A DNA stretch of 57,795 bases, taken from the NCBI GenBank assembly GCA_019828565.1, contig JAHDYR010000054.1, forward strand, positions 1 to 57,795. Direction: 5' to 3'. The stretch's first letter is position 1. Every line of letters starts with the position of its first letter. Under the pieces are notes generated by a model. The model was not told where the DNA came from. It did not search any database and saw only the letters and a program-made list of their open reading frames with translations. The position numbers and the translations under genes were made by a program. Source of the DNA: Carpediemonas membranifera BICM (taxonomy: Eukaryota > Protista > Fornicata). This document shows positions 1-12,409 of the stretch, piece by piece.

Positions 1-757
1 ATTTACATTAAAGGTCGCGGGATTCTCCGGCCTGGTCGGCTTTCGGCACCACTCATTAACCTGGCATCATTATCGGCAAACGTCACCACGCGGCCAGGTG
101 CCGACCAGTCAATCCGGCAATTACCGCTGTAGGATGTCGAACCAATGGTCAGCTACGGCAGCGTGAATGCAGGTTAAAATTGCATAGGCTGGATCGCCTG
201 CAACCTCGCTCATCACAAAGCCGCCGGGCATCCGGATTCAGTGCTTTCCATGCGAACCTGGCAAAATGCGGGCACCACTGGCGGCAGTTCATCAATCGTG
301 CTCACGTGGCCGCCTTGGCGAGCGCAATACCAAGGAGGATTGCTGCATGTTGCAGAAAAGACGCTTCGCTGACGATTTGATCTTAGCCTTGCGGCGGGTG
401 CATTCAGAAGCAACAGCACAATCCGGACACGTGAAATTGGTAATGGCCTTCTTCCCATTGCTGAAGGATCACGCTCTACTGCCCTAGTAGTAGCGGTTGC
501 ATGATCCGCACTGGGCGAAAAGTCGGTTTCGTTCTCCGGATTGCCTCAGCAATCCGAGGAAGTCACAATGCGCGCAGCTAAAATGCTGAGATTGACATAC
601 AAACATATCGAAAGAAATCAAACGGACCTGTCTTCTCGCTGAAATGCTGACATCACTTTCAATCATCCTGTCATCAGCAGTAGGACGGCTACAGCTCTTG
701 CTGATGTGCGCATATCGAACTTTCGTTCACCAGCAACGTATTGGTGAAGATCCTGGA

Positions 758-1309
758 TCATTTGGTGTTGGACCGGAAAGGATTTGTCCAGAGAAAGTCA
801 CTGAGCGGGAGTCTTCGCATCTCTTTCAGTCTTAATGGATCCAAGAAGGCTGTTATCGGTGGCAGTGACTCAGATTTGATTGGAGACGCAGGAAAGCTGG
901 GTTCATCTCCCCTCAGCCTTTTGGTCTGCACGCTTTGCTTGTGATATCTTTGCCTGGCATCAAGAAGTAGAGCCTGTCGGAAGATGAACTTCATCTTCTT
1001 CAGGTTCTCGATGTCCATATCAGGGGCGTTGGCTAGTCTGAGGACATTCGCCATCTCCTTCATGAAAACTGACAGATCCTTGGCGCTAGGCTTCTCTTTC
1101 GGCGTCAACTGGTGGTAGATGATCGGCTTAGTCTTGGTGTAACCGAGCTTATAACCAAATCTCTCGCCCAGTCTAGCAACCCCTTCTCGTTGAAGTTCTT
1201 CTTCTTCAAAAGCAACAAAACCACCGTACACAGGGACAAGCAAGTTCGACGACGACAGTGTTATAGGCCGATAACACGGAGTCTTTGGGCATTCCCAGTG
1301 AGAGGCCAC
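758..1309 (-). CDS. Hypothetical protein (cargo, possibly one exon of a larger gene)
   Basis: 183-aa ORF with protein-like composition and no recognised motif. Confidence 0.4.
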   Translation of the reverse strand: MASHWECPKTPCYRPITLSSSNLLVPVYGGFVAFEEEELQREGVARLGERFGYKLGYTKTKPIIYHQLTPKEKPSAKDLSVFMKEMANVLRLANAPDMDIENLKKMKFIFRQALLLDARQRYHKQSVQTKRLRGDEPSFPASPIKSESLPPITAFLDPLRLKEMRRLPLSDFLWTNPFRSNTK

Positions 1310-2047
1310 TGTCTACGTCGATATCATCGACAATGACAAAAAGCATGTCAACATGGCCCGAAAAGTGATCTTTGAAAGATTTGTAGTAAGATCATGACCA
1401 GTGAACGCGCGATAGGTTCCAGGAGACTTCTTTTTTCGGCACTTGCTTCATTTCGTTCGATATGTTTTATAACGTAAATGAATTATGTAAAGGGTGTCAC
1501 TGAGAATGAAACCAATGAAACCACATCTAGAAACGCCTGAGGAGCTGCATCACAAGTGGTCAGCATTTCATCGGACATTATGCGCGGAATTGGCATTGTT
1601 GAAGAAAATTCAAAGCCGCTTTTGTTTTAGATAGTCGCTTGGAATCAATATGCAGATCAATAATGGCAGAAACAGGCAAAATAGAAGGCAATTGGTGCTG
1701 CTTATGTTTATGACTACAACAAAGACTCATTAAAAGCAGCACGAGTACATTTCATTTGGAGAAGTGCTCAGTTTGACGAATACCGTGTGGACATCTGTAA
1801 CTCATCTCAGACTGATCTTAGAGCTCCCCAAAGCGGAGACTGAGAACAGTTCTCGCCATACAATGTCAGGGATGACCTGATATCTCTATTTCGCGGTTGC
1901 TTGTTCCGCCCCTGTCGCCGTGCCCATTTACTTCAACTGCTCCACTAGCATGAACGCCCTTCCAGGGGAAACTCCAGCTTCTCTCCCTGTGTTACACGAG
2001 CTTTTGTCTTCTTCTCTCGAGAGTGCTGTGCGATGATAGCCTTCATC

Positions 2048-2918
2048 TCAGGCGTAAGACCGAGGTCTAGGGGGTGGGACCGTTATGAACTTCTGGCCCC
2101 CGTACCTCATCATGGTGCTATTGATCCGAGTCCACAAAGCTCCAGCCACATTGTTCCTCTGGAACAGTTCCATCAAGGCAGCGAGAGCAACGTAGCGGTC
2201 AAGCTCGATTGTTGCCTCCTCGGCGCGCCTGATAAGCTCCACCCAGTTGTCTTCGAGTTCATCGGCGAGTGCTTCAAGCCCAGCCTCACTCGCGCGTGCC
2301 AACTCTGCTTGAGTAAACTGATGGATCGCCTGATCCTCGCCCTTCTGCTGACCCTAACTCAGCTTCTAGTCTCTTCTGGGACTCCTCAGAATCTCTGTTA
2401 GCCTGTTCAAGCGCCTCCCTCGCCTCCCTCTCCTCAGCAAGCCGTTTTATCAAGGGCTCGTACTGCTCCAACAAGCGCACAGACTCGGGTACATCATCAA
2501 GGCCTGCAATGGTGTCGTCTAGCTGTGCTAAGCTGTGATTAAGCAGGGACACTGGCTCGCGGACGTCATGATCGGCCTCTGCATCAACATCGTAAACCGT
2601 CTGGAGACCAACGGTGTCTGTGTCGTCCACATCGGACTCTACTTCGACGTCTTGATCAGTCTGGGGCAAAGGAACGCCGTCACCCTGCATGGCGGCCGGT
2701 TCAGCGTGGCCATCGGACTCGTCCTCGTCAGTGTCGGAAAATTCCACGGCGTCGCTGGCGGGTGGTGTCACATATGCATGCCCTGTATCTTGCGCATAGG
2801 ATGCAGTAACGAGTTCAAGCGAGTGTATGGCTTCCTCGCGGTCATTCCTTGCCTGAATAGCTTCGGCGGCTGCCTTGGCAACATCTCGACGCAACCGCTC
2901 AAGCTGGGCTGATGTCAC
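2048..2918 (-). pseudogene. Acidic/coiled-coil protein, frameshifted and truncated paralog of the 51620-53508 gene
   Basis: ORFs 2286-2918 and 2048-2302 are nearly identical in DNA and protein to ~52310-52960, but lack the OTU-like C-terminus. Confidence 0.65.
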
Positions 2919-3562
2919 ATCGCTTCCCGGATCATTCTTGCAGCCAGAAAGAATGTCCTCGTAGAGGAATGCACGCGGCGGGCCTCGACAGTGCCCTCAG
3001 GGGCGACGAAGAGAGCGCGAAGGATCAGGTTGACTTGATCTGGAAGAAAGAGACGGCCTGTTCCTTCTAGATGAATAGAGCCACGATGTGACGGCATGAC
3101 AGCCTCGCGGTTATCCTCAAAGGTGATCGCTGATCCGGTGTAGTGGTCAAAAACTGCTTCCCGCACGATTTCAACCTGATCATCCTCCATAAACAAGCCT
3201 GCAGGAACCTTAGACAGCTCGGGCCGGGCAAGGTCGTCACTAATGGCCATGAGCTCGGGAAGGGAAGCCTTGTTGATGAGATCCATTAGTGAAACTCGGC
3301 CAGCGAGACCAAACACATCACGAATCTCGTCAATGACGATGTTATCGACCAGCGCGCATCTCAGGGCTGTCTTCGTTATCACTTTGTGCTCCTTGAGGTG
3401 CTCCAAGCGGCTCTTATTCGTCCGGAGTGCGAACCATCTCTCGAACATACTCTTATCTGCTCGAATAGCCTTACGCTCTTGACCAGGTGCAGCAGAAGCA
3501 ATCCTAACGGTCTTCTCATGATGCTCACGAATCCAGCTGCGTAGAATAGTGATATCTAGCAT
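2915..3562 (-). CDS. Hypothetical protein
   Basis: 215-aa ATG ORF after AT-rich upstream DNA, abutting the next ORF. Confidence 0.55.
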   Translation of the reverse strand: MLDITILRSWIREHHEKTVRIASAAPGQERKAIRADKSMFERWFALRTNKSRLEHLKEHKVITKTALRCALVDNIVIDEIRDVFGLAGRVSLMDLINKASLPELMAISDDLARPELSKVPAGLFMEDDQVEIVREAVFDHYTGSAITFEDNREAVMPSHRGSIHLEGTGRLFLPDQVNLILRALFVAPEGTVEARRVHSSTRTFFLAARMIREAM

Positions 3563-4110
3563 CTTTTTCCAAAAATTTCACAGCAATGCAGTGTTATTTT
3601 TCAGAGTGAATATTTTGTTCTTTCGAAATAAGATGCAGGAAGAGCTTTAGTATATAGCACGTACGACTGAAGGCATTTTTAAGCATGTTTATAGCATGTA
3701 TATGCAGGTAGTTGATTGTAGGTACTGTCAAAATTTTTCTGTTTACGCAAAAGCAATATAAATATGCCAATTCATCACGTAAAACTTCTGGAGCCGTGTT
3801 CAGACAGTCAGAGAACCCACCATACCGCTTTTTCAGCCAGAATAGACTCAACCCTAATTTTTTTGCTTTACGTATATCTCGGTAAATAGACTCGAACGAT
3901 ATGTAAAAATCTTGGATCCGTCCTAACATATCAAATACTACACATATACCAAGTTTCAGCCAAATCCAAGCCGAGAAGATCACCCCCGTCAAGCCCATGG
4001 ACAATGGTAGGTCAGCGTGGTTTTGGCGAAAATAACAGTGCATTGCTGTATTCCAAATGTATGACTTATAGTGCAATGCACTGTTATTTTCGCAGAACCG
4101 AACTTGGACG

Positions 4111-4437
4111 TGGCCAGAAACTGACATCGCTGAAAAGCTCAGAGACGTCGTTATATCATCTATAACGGCATCTCTGAGCTTTTAAGCACACAGTTCTCAT
4201 CCTGACGTGGAGATTGATGCTTGATAAATTGAAGAATCGACTAGGAGAGCTCTACGCTTGCATGCAGCCTTCTATTAGGTTGTTGATGTTGGTTATATGC
4301 TTCTTTTTTTCGTTCTCGATGCGTGTGGATGAGTATTCTGTTGCAAGATTCATTTTTGATGGACTGATGTTGGTTATAGAGGATAAAAGGCACCAGAATG
4401 GATCATATGCATGCTATAAACCGTTCTGTGCCGTTGG
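4111..4437 (+). repeat. Conserved ~325-bp non-coding block, copy 1, with a long hairpin at 4133-4183
   Basis: Near-identical to 54083-54407; inverted repeat AAAAGCTCAGAGA...TCTCTGAGCTTTT. Confidence 0.85.
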
Positions 4438-4842
4438 TCGGACGGCTTCAGAAGTCATTGTATAGAAGGAGATCGTTTAATGGTCATCACATACATCATG
4501 GTATTGCGGGGAATCATGGTAGTGAGGTGATTCGATTTCGAGACTCGGTGGTGAACTGCGGACAGGAGATGGAGGCGGACTTACAACAGGCGTGGCGGGG
4601 GCTGGCGTTGAAGGCGGAGTGGGGGGATGGAGACGGGCACGGGAGATGGATACGGCGAGCTGTACGGCATACACCTTACTGGAAGCGGCATCTCCGGCCA
4701 CTTGACGAACCTGCACCGCCGGGCAGTTAAATCTTCAGGCCTCTTCTTGTTCCGTTTTTAGTTTCGTCATCGCTCTGTGCAGAACAAGACGCAATTTTCG
4801 CACAACATTTACGTATTTACCCAGTTATGTGTCGGTATATGT

Positions 4843-5412
4843 TCAAACCACGGCCAGGCCCCACCGGGGGGTGAGTGTTGGGCATGCGCCGGTGTTCTTA
4901 GGACTCATGGTTTCGAGTTCAATGCTACGACCCTTTCGAATCGCATCTCTAAACTTTTTCCTCCAGGACCCCAGTTGGCAGCAGTCGATCATTCTCTTTC
5001 GCTGATCTACAGAGAGTAAGACCTGTTCAGTGTCATCTAACAGAAGCGGACTCGGCTTGGCGACGCATTCATGCACGCGCATGATGACCTTGAGCTTGTC
5101 AAGACATTCGGCAGCAGTGGGACGCTTCGTTGGGTCGAAGTGGAGCATCTGCATTGCCAGGTCGTACATTCCGAGGCAAGTGGGTGGCGTTGTGCCGCGA
5201 ATCGGTAGTGCAGAGTTCACGTTCACGAAGTTGAGACAATCTCTGAGCGGTTCGAGTGTCTTACGTGACAACTGCAACTGCCCACCATAGAAGTGGCACC
5301 AGTTCAGCAAGCTACCAAGCTTCAGCATCTTATTCTTCTTCTTGTTGTCGATCTGCGCCATGTCAGTCACCTTCGCGGCAAAGGGGGACTTGGGGAGACC
5401 GTAAAAGAGCAA
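4843..5412 (-). pseudogene. Protein kinase C-lobe fragment, paralog of 9814-10521
   Basis: YDLAMQMLHFDPTKRPTAAECL (subdomain XI) and RGTTPPT match the 9814-10521 ORF; catalytic N-terminal motifs not seen. Confidence 0.65.
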
Positions 5413-5764
5413 TGACTACACCGCACGAGTAAATGTCGGAGGCAGGTGTGACGACATGAAGAACAGGCGGGAAGAGCCGATGCAGTCATGCGCGTATGCT
5501 TGGAGGTCTCGTATGGCGCTCGTTGACGGCGGAATGACCGAACACGAACACACTTTGAACATTTCTGGGGGGTAAATACCCATGCGTGCCGCGATATTCG
5601 GATGCCGATTTCAGTTCTATGGCCCAGTTCTCGTCGCGACAAGCCGGCTTCGTCATAGCAGAACTTCTTCATCAACGAAGTCTGTGCAGGATATGATTGA
5701 AATGATTGAAAAGAAACAGCCTGACATAAGACCCACCCAACCTTACATGGGTCATTGAAGGGTT

Positions 5765-6580
5765 GTGTGCCACGCTCTTGGTGCTGTGTCATTGCTGCGT
5801 ATAAACTGCTGGTATAAACTGCGTAGAATGCAGCAAGAAAGTGGAACTGTCAACTTTTGCTGCGATTGCTTTCCGGAAGAGCTTGCGCGTCGTGTCTATG
5901 CAAATTGGGCGGACATGGGCGAAGCCGCGATGAAGATAGACGCCTTGCCTTTCGATGATGACCAAATTGTCGAGCTTGACGGCCAATCGCTCATTTCTCT
6001 GAAGTGCAGCACATGCATGGTGTCAAAGGGCGATGACATGATGTATGGTTTGGTCACGGCTGGCGATGTTGATGAGGGAGAAGTGCTCGGGATTGCCAAG
6101 GGTGTTCTTAGCGATCAGCCTTCTCGGATTCAGCTATCGTCACAGCTGCACCTCATGACTCCTGATGAAGCATGCGTCAACAAGCTTTGCCATCATTCGG
6201 CTGCTGGCAACTGCAGGTTTGCCCTATTCAAGGTGGATAAGAAGCCGATCTGCTTCTTGGTTGCCACCAGCAAGATCCCAAAGGACAAGGTCATCCTTGA
6301 AGGTGGCGGCACTGACGATAATGTCTTTGTCGTGGTTAAGCATGCGAGGAATCGTGATGTACCGAAGGACGTGAAGCACTCAATTTCTCGCGTGGTCCAG
6401 GAGGATGCAGAGAAGGCGAAGAAGTTAGATGTAATGAAGTCGAAGAAGAAGGCGAAGGCAAAAGAAAAAGGAAGCAGACATGACGGAGGAGGAGAAGTAC
6501 AGATTAGAGCAGAAGAAGCTAAGAAAAAGCATGCGCCAATGGGAGCTGGGAGCCTTCTAAGAAGAAGAAGACGACTGTGA
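5765..6580 (+). CDS. SET-domain-like protein (degenerate) with Lys-rich tail
   Basis: YGLVTAGDVDEGEVLG...KLCHHSAAGNC...LVATSKIPKD resembles SET GxG / NHSxxPN / AxxxI motifs; Cys-rich N-terminus. Confidence 0.55.
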   Translation: MCHALGAVSLLRINCWYKLRRMQQESGTVNFCCDCFPEELARRVYANWADMGEAAMKIDALPFDDDQIVELDGQSLISLKCSTCMVSKGDDMMYGLVTAGDVDEGEVLGIAKGVLSDQPSRIQLSSQLHLMTPDEACVNKLCHHSAAGNCRFALFKVDKKPICFLVATSKIPKDKVILEGGGTDDNVFVVVKHARNRDVPKDVKHSISRVVQEDAEKAKKLDVMKSKKKAKAKEKGSRHDGGGEVQIRAEEAKKKHAPMGAGSLLRRRRRL

Positions 6581-6765
6581 AGAGAAAGGAGTACCAAATC
6601 GAGGTTGACGAAGAAGGACAAGGTGGCCATGACGCACAATGCGAAGACGTTGGACGAGTTCCTTAAACTGTTTTAACCTTTATGTCTCTTCAGCCCGCAG
6701 AGACGCCTTCGAATAGTGGGGGTTTAGAGGCGCGCTGATCGAGTCAATGGTCAACAATTGCATCT

Positions 6766-7390
6766 TTACACTGTAGAGAACATACCGAGCTCTCTTAAAA
6801 ACTGGTAAATCTCAACCTCCATCTCTTGACGAGCAATCTGCCGTTCTTCAGTCATGGAAAGATGGTTGCGAAGCTTCTTTCTCTCATCAGACGGCATTGT
6901 CAGGCAAGCTTCGTCGTAGGTGGCATTGCTCGTGGACAGGATAAAGAAATCAGCATTGATCGCTTCAGGGGAGAAGCAGGAGACAATCTTGTTCCAAGGG
7001 AGGTTTGGAAACACCTTCGCCAGGTGTTCGCGCAAGGCAGCGCGAAGATTGGTCGAGAAAAAACTTCTCGTCACTGCGAGGAAGGCAGTACTTGGAGAAT
7101 TTCTTCGTATCCTTCAGCTTCAGGAACCGACGCTGTTCTTCAGGATCCAGGCGAGCATGTGGCACATCTGGCGTTGCGTCAAGAGCAACCGCTAAGGTGT
7201 CAAGCAGTGTCTTCATATCTTCTGTCGCAGCAGTCTCAGGGTCAACGCTGCGGAAGGCATGCAGCGCTGATTGGTAAGCAGCTTCTGCCCGCGCTGCCAC
7301 CTCGTCCTTCCTCGATGGGTTCATGTGGACAGACTCGGACTCAGTGTTGAATGCAAGTCGGAAACCAGCTCGTGTTGAATTCTTGACCAT
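6766..7390 (-). pseudogene. Hypothetical protein split over two overlapping frames
   Basis: ORFs 6965-7390 and 6766-7074 joined at an A homopolymer; weak resemblance to 54547-55245. Confidence 0.4.
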
Positions 7391-7586
7391 CTGCTTGAAG
7401 TTGTGCGCCTCCGTCTTCTTGATGCACGACAGAATAGTTTCTTGGATATCAGCATCAGCCTTTTTGCAGGACTGCCGTGCAATTCTCCAACGCGGCCTGA
7501 GACAACGGCTTGTAGGTGCGGTACGACGAAGTATTCGCTCTCCGCGCAGCTATCGCTGCTAACTGCTTGCGAGGCGCCTTTCCACC

Positions 7587-9192
7587 TTGCGTAGGCCGGC
7601 GAGCCGTTTGCTTTGTTCTAGCCATCGTCTTCTGAATGCAGAATTATATGCAATACATTTCTCACATAAAGCTGCTTTAAAGTGCGATGCCATTTTCTCA
7701 CCCTCAATTTGGCATTGGCGTCATGAACGACGATCAGACATTTTCAATGCAATGGGGTGGAGAAATCGATATCTGGATGGATCAAAGCTGTTTGAATGTG
7801 TCTGTGGGGACATCAGTAGCGAAACACGCAACGTCGGTTTTCCCTCGCCATCCCGACGTCACAAGTGCACCCGTACTGCACTGGCGCTGAAGAATACACG
7901 TGTCCTCATCGTGTTCGAGCCAACCTATGGGTTCGTTGCTGGAGATAGCAGGCAGTTTTCGATTGATGAATCTGTCTCCATTGGAGGGCACGCAGAACGC
8001 ATTCGTCAGATCTTTGCGGCAATGCATAGCGAGTATACGGTTATCGAGACGGCCCAGTTCGAGAACGAGGACGATTTTGAGGCGAAAATCAAGGAATTCG
8101 GCAAGCTGTATGGTGACTATGAGACTTTTTTTCATTATCACTGGTCACTCGGACTCTGATGGTCGGTTTGTGGTCGATGCCCGCACGATACCAGCCATCT
8201 GGACAACTGCCTTCGACTTCATCGAGGCAATTCTGAAGAATTATGAGAGTCATGTCTGCAAGTTCGCCCGAATCATGGGTGTGTATATTGCCGCCTGCCA
8301 GTCTTCCGCCCGTGACCCACGGCCGATCTTTCAGTTGTATTCTGGCAAGTTCAAGTTCACAATGCAACGGTGTGTGGTGCTTTTGACACCAGATGAGCTA
8401 CCCGCCGTCGAACTTGCCGCCCATGACGCCACGTGGCTCATCAGAATCATGACTCAGCCAGATCACCTCCATGAGATCGCGCAATTCTGGTTCTGGATGT
8501 CCAAGCTCTCGTACATGAAGCGAAGAGTCATTATCGCAAGACCTGACGGTTGTGCAAAAGCGAAGATCGTATCGGAGGAAGACGCAAGACTCCCGCCGCG
8601 TTGTTATCCTTTGCTTAACAAGGTTTACCGGCCTGCGTACCCGAACTTCGATTCCACTGCTAAGATCGTCGACTTTCGCTCTCTGCTCTTGATCAAGTCT
8701 GAACACGAGTCATCTGTGGCCATTGAGTCTCACATCAACAATATGATTGAGAAGAAAGAGATTCCAATCGGCACCAGCGGTCAGCCACAGTCCTTCGTTG
8801 AGGAAATTGTGAATGGGTTGAAGTCATGGAGGAAATACTCGACACACCGTGATGGCAGCTGTGTTGCGCACTGCTGTTGCATGATTAGGGACGGCCATTT
8901 CCGGGATATGACCACCCTGACCCACAGAACAGATCTTGAGGCAGCCATGGCTTTGCGTGCCGAGCTGGTGGAAAGCCGGGTGAAGCGGACGGCTCTGACG
9001 GAGGATTCCGCTAAGGCAGAACTGTTTTCCAAGATGGGCTGGCTTACCGATGATGCTGTGCGAGAGTTTTCCATGATCTACATGCGTAATGTCATCATGG
9101 TGTGCAACAACGGTAATAATTCTACAGTGATATTGTTCACACATGGTCACCAGTTTTTGGGGTTTGTACCCTTCTGGCGACTCAGCTGCTGA
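7587..9192 (+). CDS. Caspase/hemoglobinase-fold (clan CD-like) protease, frameshift at a T run near 8130
   Basis: FFIITGHS and GVYIAACQS strand-His / strand-Cys dyad motifs; ECVCG Zn-like motif; homologous to 49743-50669. Confidence 0.6.
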
Positions 9193-9636
9193 TCGTTGTG
9201 AGAATTTCCAGGTGTTCTGTTCCAGACATGGCATTACCCACTTTATTCTGCTCCAGGACGACCATGCGGAACTTGTCAGTCTCCCAGAGGGTATCAAAAG
9301 AAAAGCGCAAATACAGGAAGGCGCTCCGTCATCCACAAGTAGACAAAAAGATGATGAGAGTGATTAACAGTAAGTACAAGATAGAAGCAAAGAAAGTAGT
9401 GTAAAGATCATTCTGGAAGCGCCTTCCACATATTCCTCAGCGGCCGCCAGCTGCTTTTTGCCGGTAGAGTTCCAGGCCATATCGTCCGGTCGGGTCTTCT
9501 GCCTGGGTACTACAGGAACGAACACTGTATCACAGCCACCCCACTCCAGTTCGATTCGAGCGTCTACTGGACTGATTTTTCGGTTTTAGTGTAAACAACT
9601 GGGTATTGTCTATAAAGCCAGCGCAAGGCTGCAGCA

Positions 9637-9704
9637 CGGGAAACAAGCTCAGTCCGGGGTCAGAATCCAAGCACCATAAATTTCTTTCTTTCTTTCTTTC
9701 TTTT
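9637..9704 (+). mobile_element. 68-bp 5'-truncated non-LTR retroposon 3' end with (TTTC)n tail and 13-bp TSD
   Basis: Matches 44926-44986; CAAGGCTGCAGCA duplicated at 9624-9636 and 9705-9717. Confidence 0.9.
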
Positions 9705-9813
9705 CAAGGCTGCAGCATATCTCCTTTATATCTGGTCGAGTATGCGGCCTCATCTCTTCTTTGAAGGTGAATGCGATCATCCCATGGTAGTGAGGTGATT
9801 CGATACTGGGCGG

Positions 9814-11078
9814 TTACATATCAATAATCAATGATAGATCACGATGAACCCTCCAAACTCGTCCTCTTCTCTTTGTGTGGGGGTTCATGATGCTTCTGTA
9901 ATCTTGGTGGTGTGTCTTGCAAGTTATTGTTCGATTATCGTGAACCGGCATGCCACATGCAATGCATCGGCCAGCAAATCGGGTTTCTCGAAGTGCTTCA
10001 ACGGTGAGTTTGGCGGCAGCGAGCGTTTCCTGAGAGATTGTCACCTGGTCGTTGATCATCAGTGGTGTTGATGCGAACGTTGCTGCTAGGGCGGCGATAT
10101 CGTTGAGATGTTCAGCGCACATCAAAGCTGTTGGTCTATCCTCCGGATTATAGCTGAGCATCCCCATTGCAAGGTCATAAAGGCTCCTATACTGTGTCGG
10201 AGGGCTTCCTCTCGTGCAGAGAGTCGGATTGATCATCAAACCACGGGCTGCATTCTTCTTCTTGCTGTGTATCGTGATTTCGCGGCCGTAGAAGTACGCC
10301 ATGTTATATAGAGCGCCAATATGCTCGTCTGGGTTACTTGGCTTGCCACCATCCACTCTCACAGATCGAAATGGAGACTTATCCAGTCGCAATGCCATCA
10401 TGAGGACGATAACGCCGCAGGAAAAGATGTCGTATGCCGCATCAACTGTGTGCATGTTGGTGTTTCTGGTTGTGGTGTTCCTGGAAGCCTGGAAGGGGTT
10501 CAAATTCTGTGGTTCCCGCATAGCTACTTCGATTTCCGACTGAGTTCGTCGGCACGAAGCTCGGGGGGGATAAAACCAGGTGTCCCTCTCATGTCTTGTC
10601 CCATATACCTGTTAATCCCAGTAGGAGCCTCTATTTTGATGGCAGAGCCGAAGTCAATGAGTAATCCACCGTCTTCTCGGTTGAAAAGGTAGTTGTCGGG
10701 CTTGATGTCGCCGTGGATGAATCCATTCTCATGCACATGGCTGAGAGCTAACAGTAAGTGCCGCAAGTAGCGACATTGATCCGGTACTGGTAGTGCCAGA
10801 ACGTCTCGCCACGACATATGGTCAACAAAGCGAGTGGCAAACGCTTGATCGCTGTCAACAAAGCCCACATCGACGATTGTAACAATAAATGGGCTTTTCA
10901 TTGCCTGAAGTATCGTCTTTTCGTGTGTCAGGCGAAGTGTCATACAGTTATCGACCTTGACGACAGTTTTGACCCCGCTAATGTCGGCAATGTACGTATT
11001 ACTGTAGTTAGTCTTGTGTAGTTGCGTCAAATCGGCAGCGGAGAGCTTAAAGACCATTTCCACAGACGTCTGTTGCAA
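9814..11078 (-). CDS. Ser/Thr protein kinase, split at ~10522 by an intron or frameshift
   Basis: VVK, HGDIKPDN, DFGSA, GTPGFIPPE, DIFSCG, YNPEDRPTA motifs. Confidence 0.9.
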
Positions 11079-11560
11079 AAATGACTTTAAAGTGCGTTTT
11101 TGGCAGATTTTGCAACAGACGTCTGTTGAAATTGGTTTTGAGTACGAATTGTGAAATTTTGAGTCTATCTGCTGAATCAGGAGGCCATTTTGAGTAATCT
11201 AAGACTCACCTCGAACATGTGTCAAATCTGGCAAATCAGAAGTCAATAAAAAAAGGGCAGAGAGGAGGAAGCGACCCATAAGGCGTACTTATGGACCATT
11301 TCCTCCCCCCAGCCCGATTTTTGAGTCTGAACTCCCAAGGAATAATTGTCCCTATGTTACTCTTTTCTAGCAGGATTTAAAGCTCAAAACTACGCATGAG
11401 TAGTCCTCATGTGTAGGCATGTATTCAACCTCATTTATAGATTATGAATACAGCTCGTTGTTGATTTATTTTTTTTCTTACCGAGTCGAAATGCTAGGGA
11501 ATTTCCCCCGAGGAAATTCCCCTACCCAATAAGGGAAATTCCTGAACCCTGGACAGTATG

Positions 11561-12094
11561 CTTCTTCGTCAGAGCATGATGTTCACTTGTCGCAACGAGC
11601 GACACTGGCGACTTAAGCAGCGCGATGAACGCCCTGACGTTATCGTGCAATGGAACCGAGAAGGCCTGGGCCAAGCTCTCGACCAGCTCCAGGACCTTGG
11701 GCAGGGTGTCGGGCTCAAGCTCATTGTGAGCTGCGCGGTTCCGGTACTCAACGAGATCACGAATGATCTTGGCATGGGCTTTGTTGTACGCCGCTCGATT
11801 GGACATCTCACGAAGGATTCTTGATGAATCCACGTCCTGTTCGAGCTCTTTGCCGAGGAGGTCCTTCTCGGTGCTATTGGGCTTGCACCCGGGGTTAAAT
11901 TCAGGCGAGGCCAAGATCTTCCGCATCCAAGGGACCATCATGGCGAGCAGCTGAAGAACTCGCGCATTATCGCCAAGGATGCGGAGCTGCTCATCGTTCC
12001 ATGGTGAAATGAACAGGTGATGATCTTGTCGAGCGGATGATTGCCCTTTGAGAGGTGCTTGGCGATGCTTAGCGCGATATCGGTCCATCCACAA
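11561..12094 (-). CDS. Swt1-like HEPN domain protein, 3' end cut by the ACAGTATG terminus
   Basis: DSSRILREM...LVEYRNRAAHNE contains the HEPN RxxxxH motif. Confidence 0.55.
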
Positions 12095-12409
12095 CTGTGG
12101 ATGACGAGCAATTTAAGGTAGGTGCCGCATCAGTCAATAACCCCGTGCTATCGTGCAATAGAACACAGTTAACACTGCTTTCCATGCGCAGCAACACAGC
12201 CTGTGGCGGAGAGACGCCCGGTATGGACGACACCAGGTGATCCACAAACGTGGATTGGCCAATTACGTCGGCCCCTCCCATCCCGCATCCCTCAGGATAC
12301 GCAAGCACAAGCTCTCTCCCTGCAGCACCTCTCTGGCGCTCTCTAAAAATCGTCGTATAGCGTAAACAGAATGTGCCGCATCAGTCATTCGTTCATTTTA
12401 TTCCACTTA

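Larger units (their letters stand above)
1..11560. mobile_element. End of a putative giant cargo-carrying DNA transposon (terminus ...ACAGTATG at 11553-11560); other end not seen in window
   Basis: The terminal 8-mer is the reverse complement of CATACTGT, which starts the MITE (47266) and the right-flank block (47799). GGAAATTCC/GGAATTTCC subterminal repeats lie at ~11495-11542. It truncates the HEPN ORF, and its genes are homologous to the right flank. Confidence 0.5.

Noticed and set aside
3594-4127. 177-aa AT-rich ORF
   Set aside because: Composition is unlike neighbouring genes and there are no motifs; probably intergenic.
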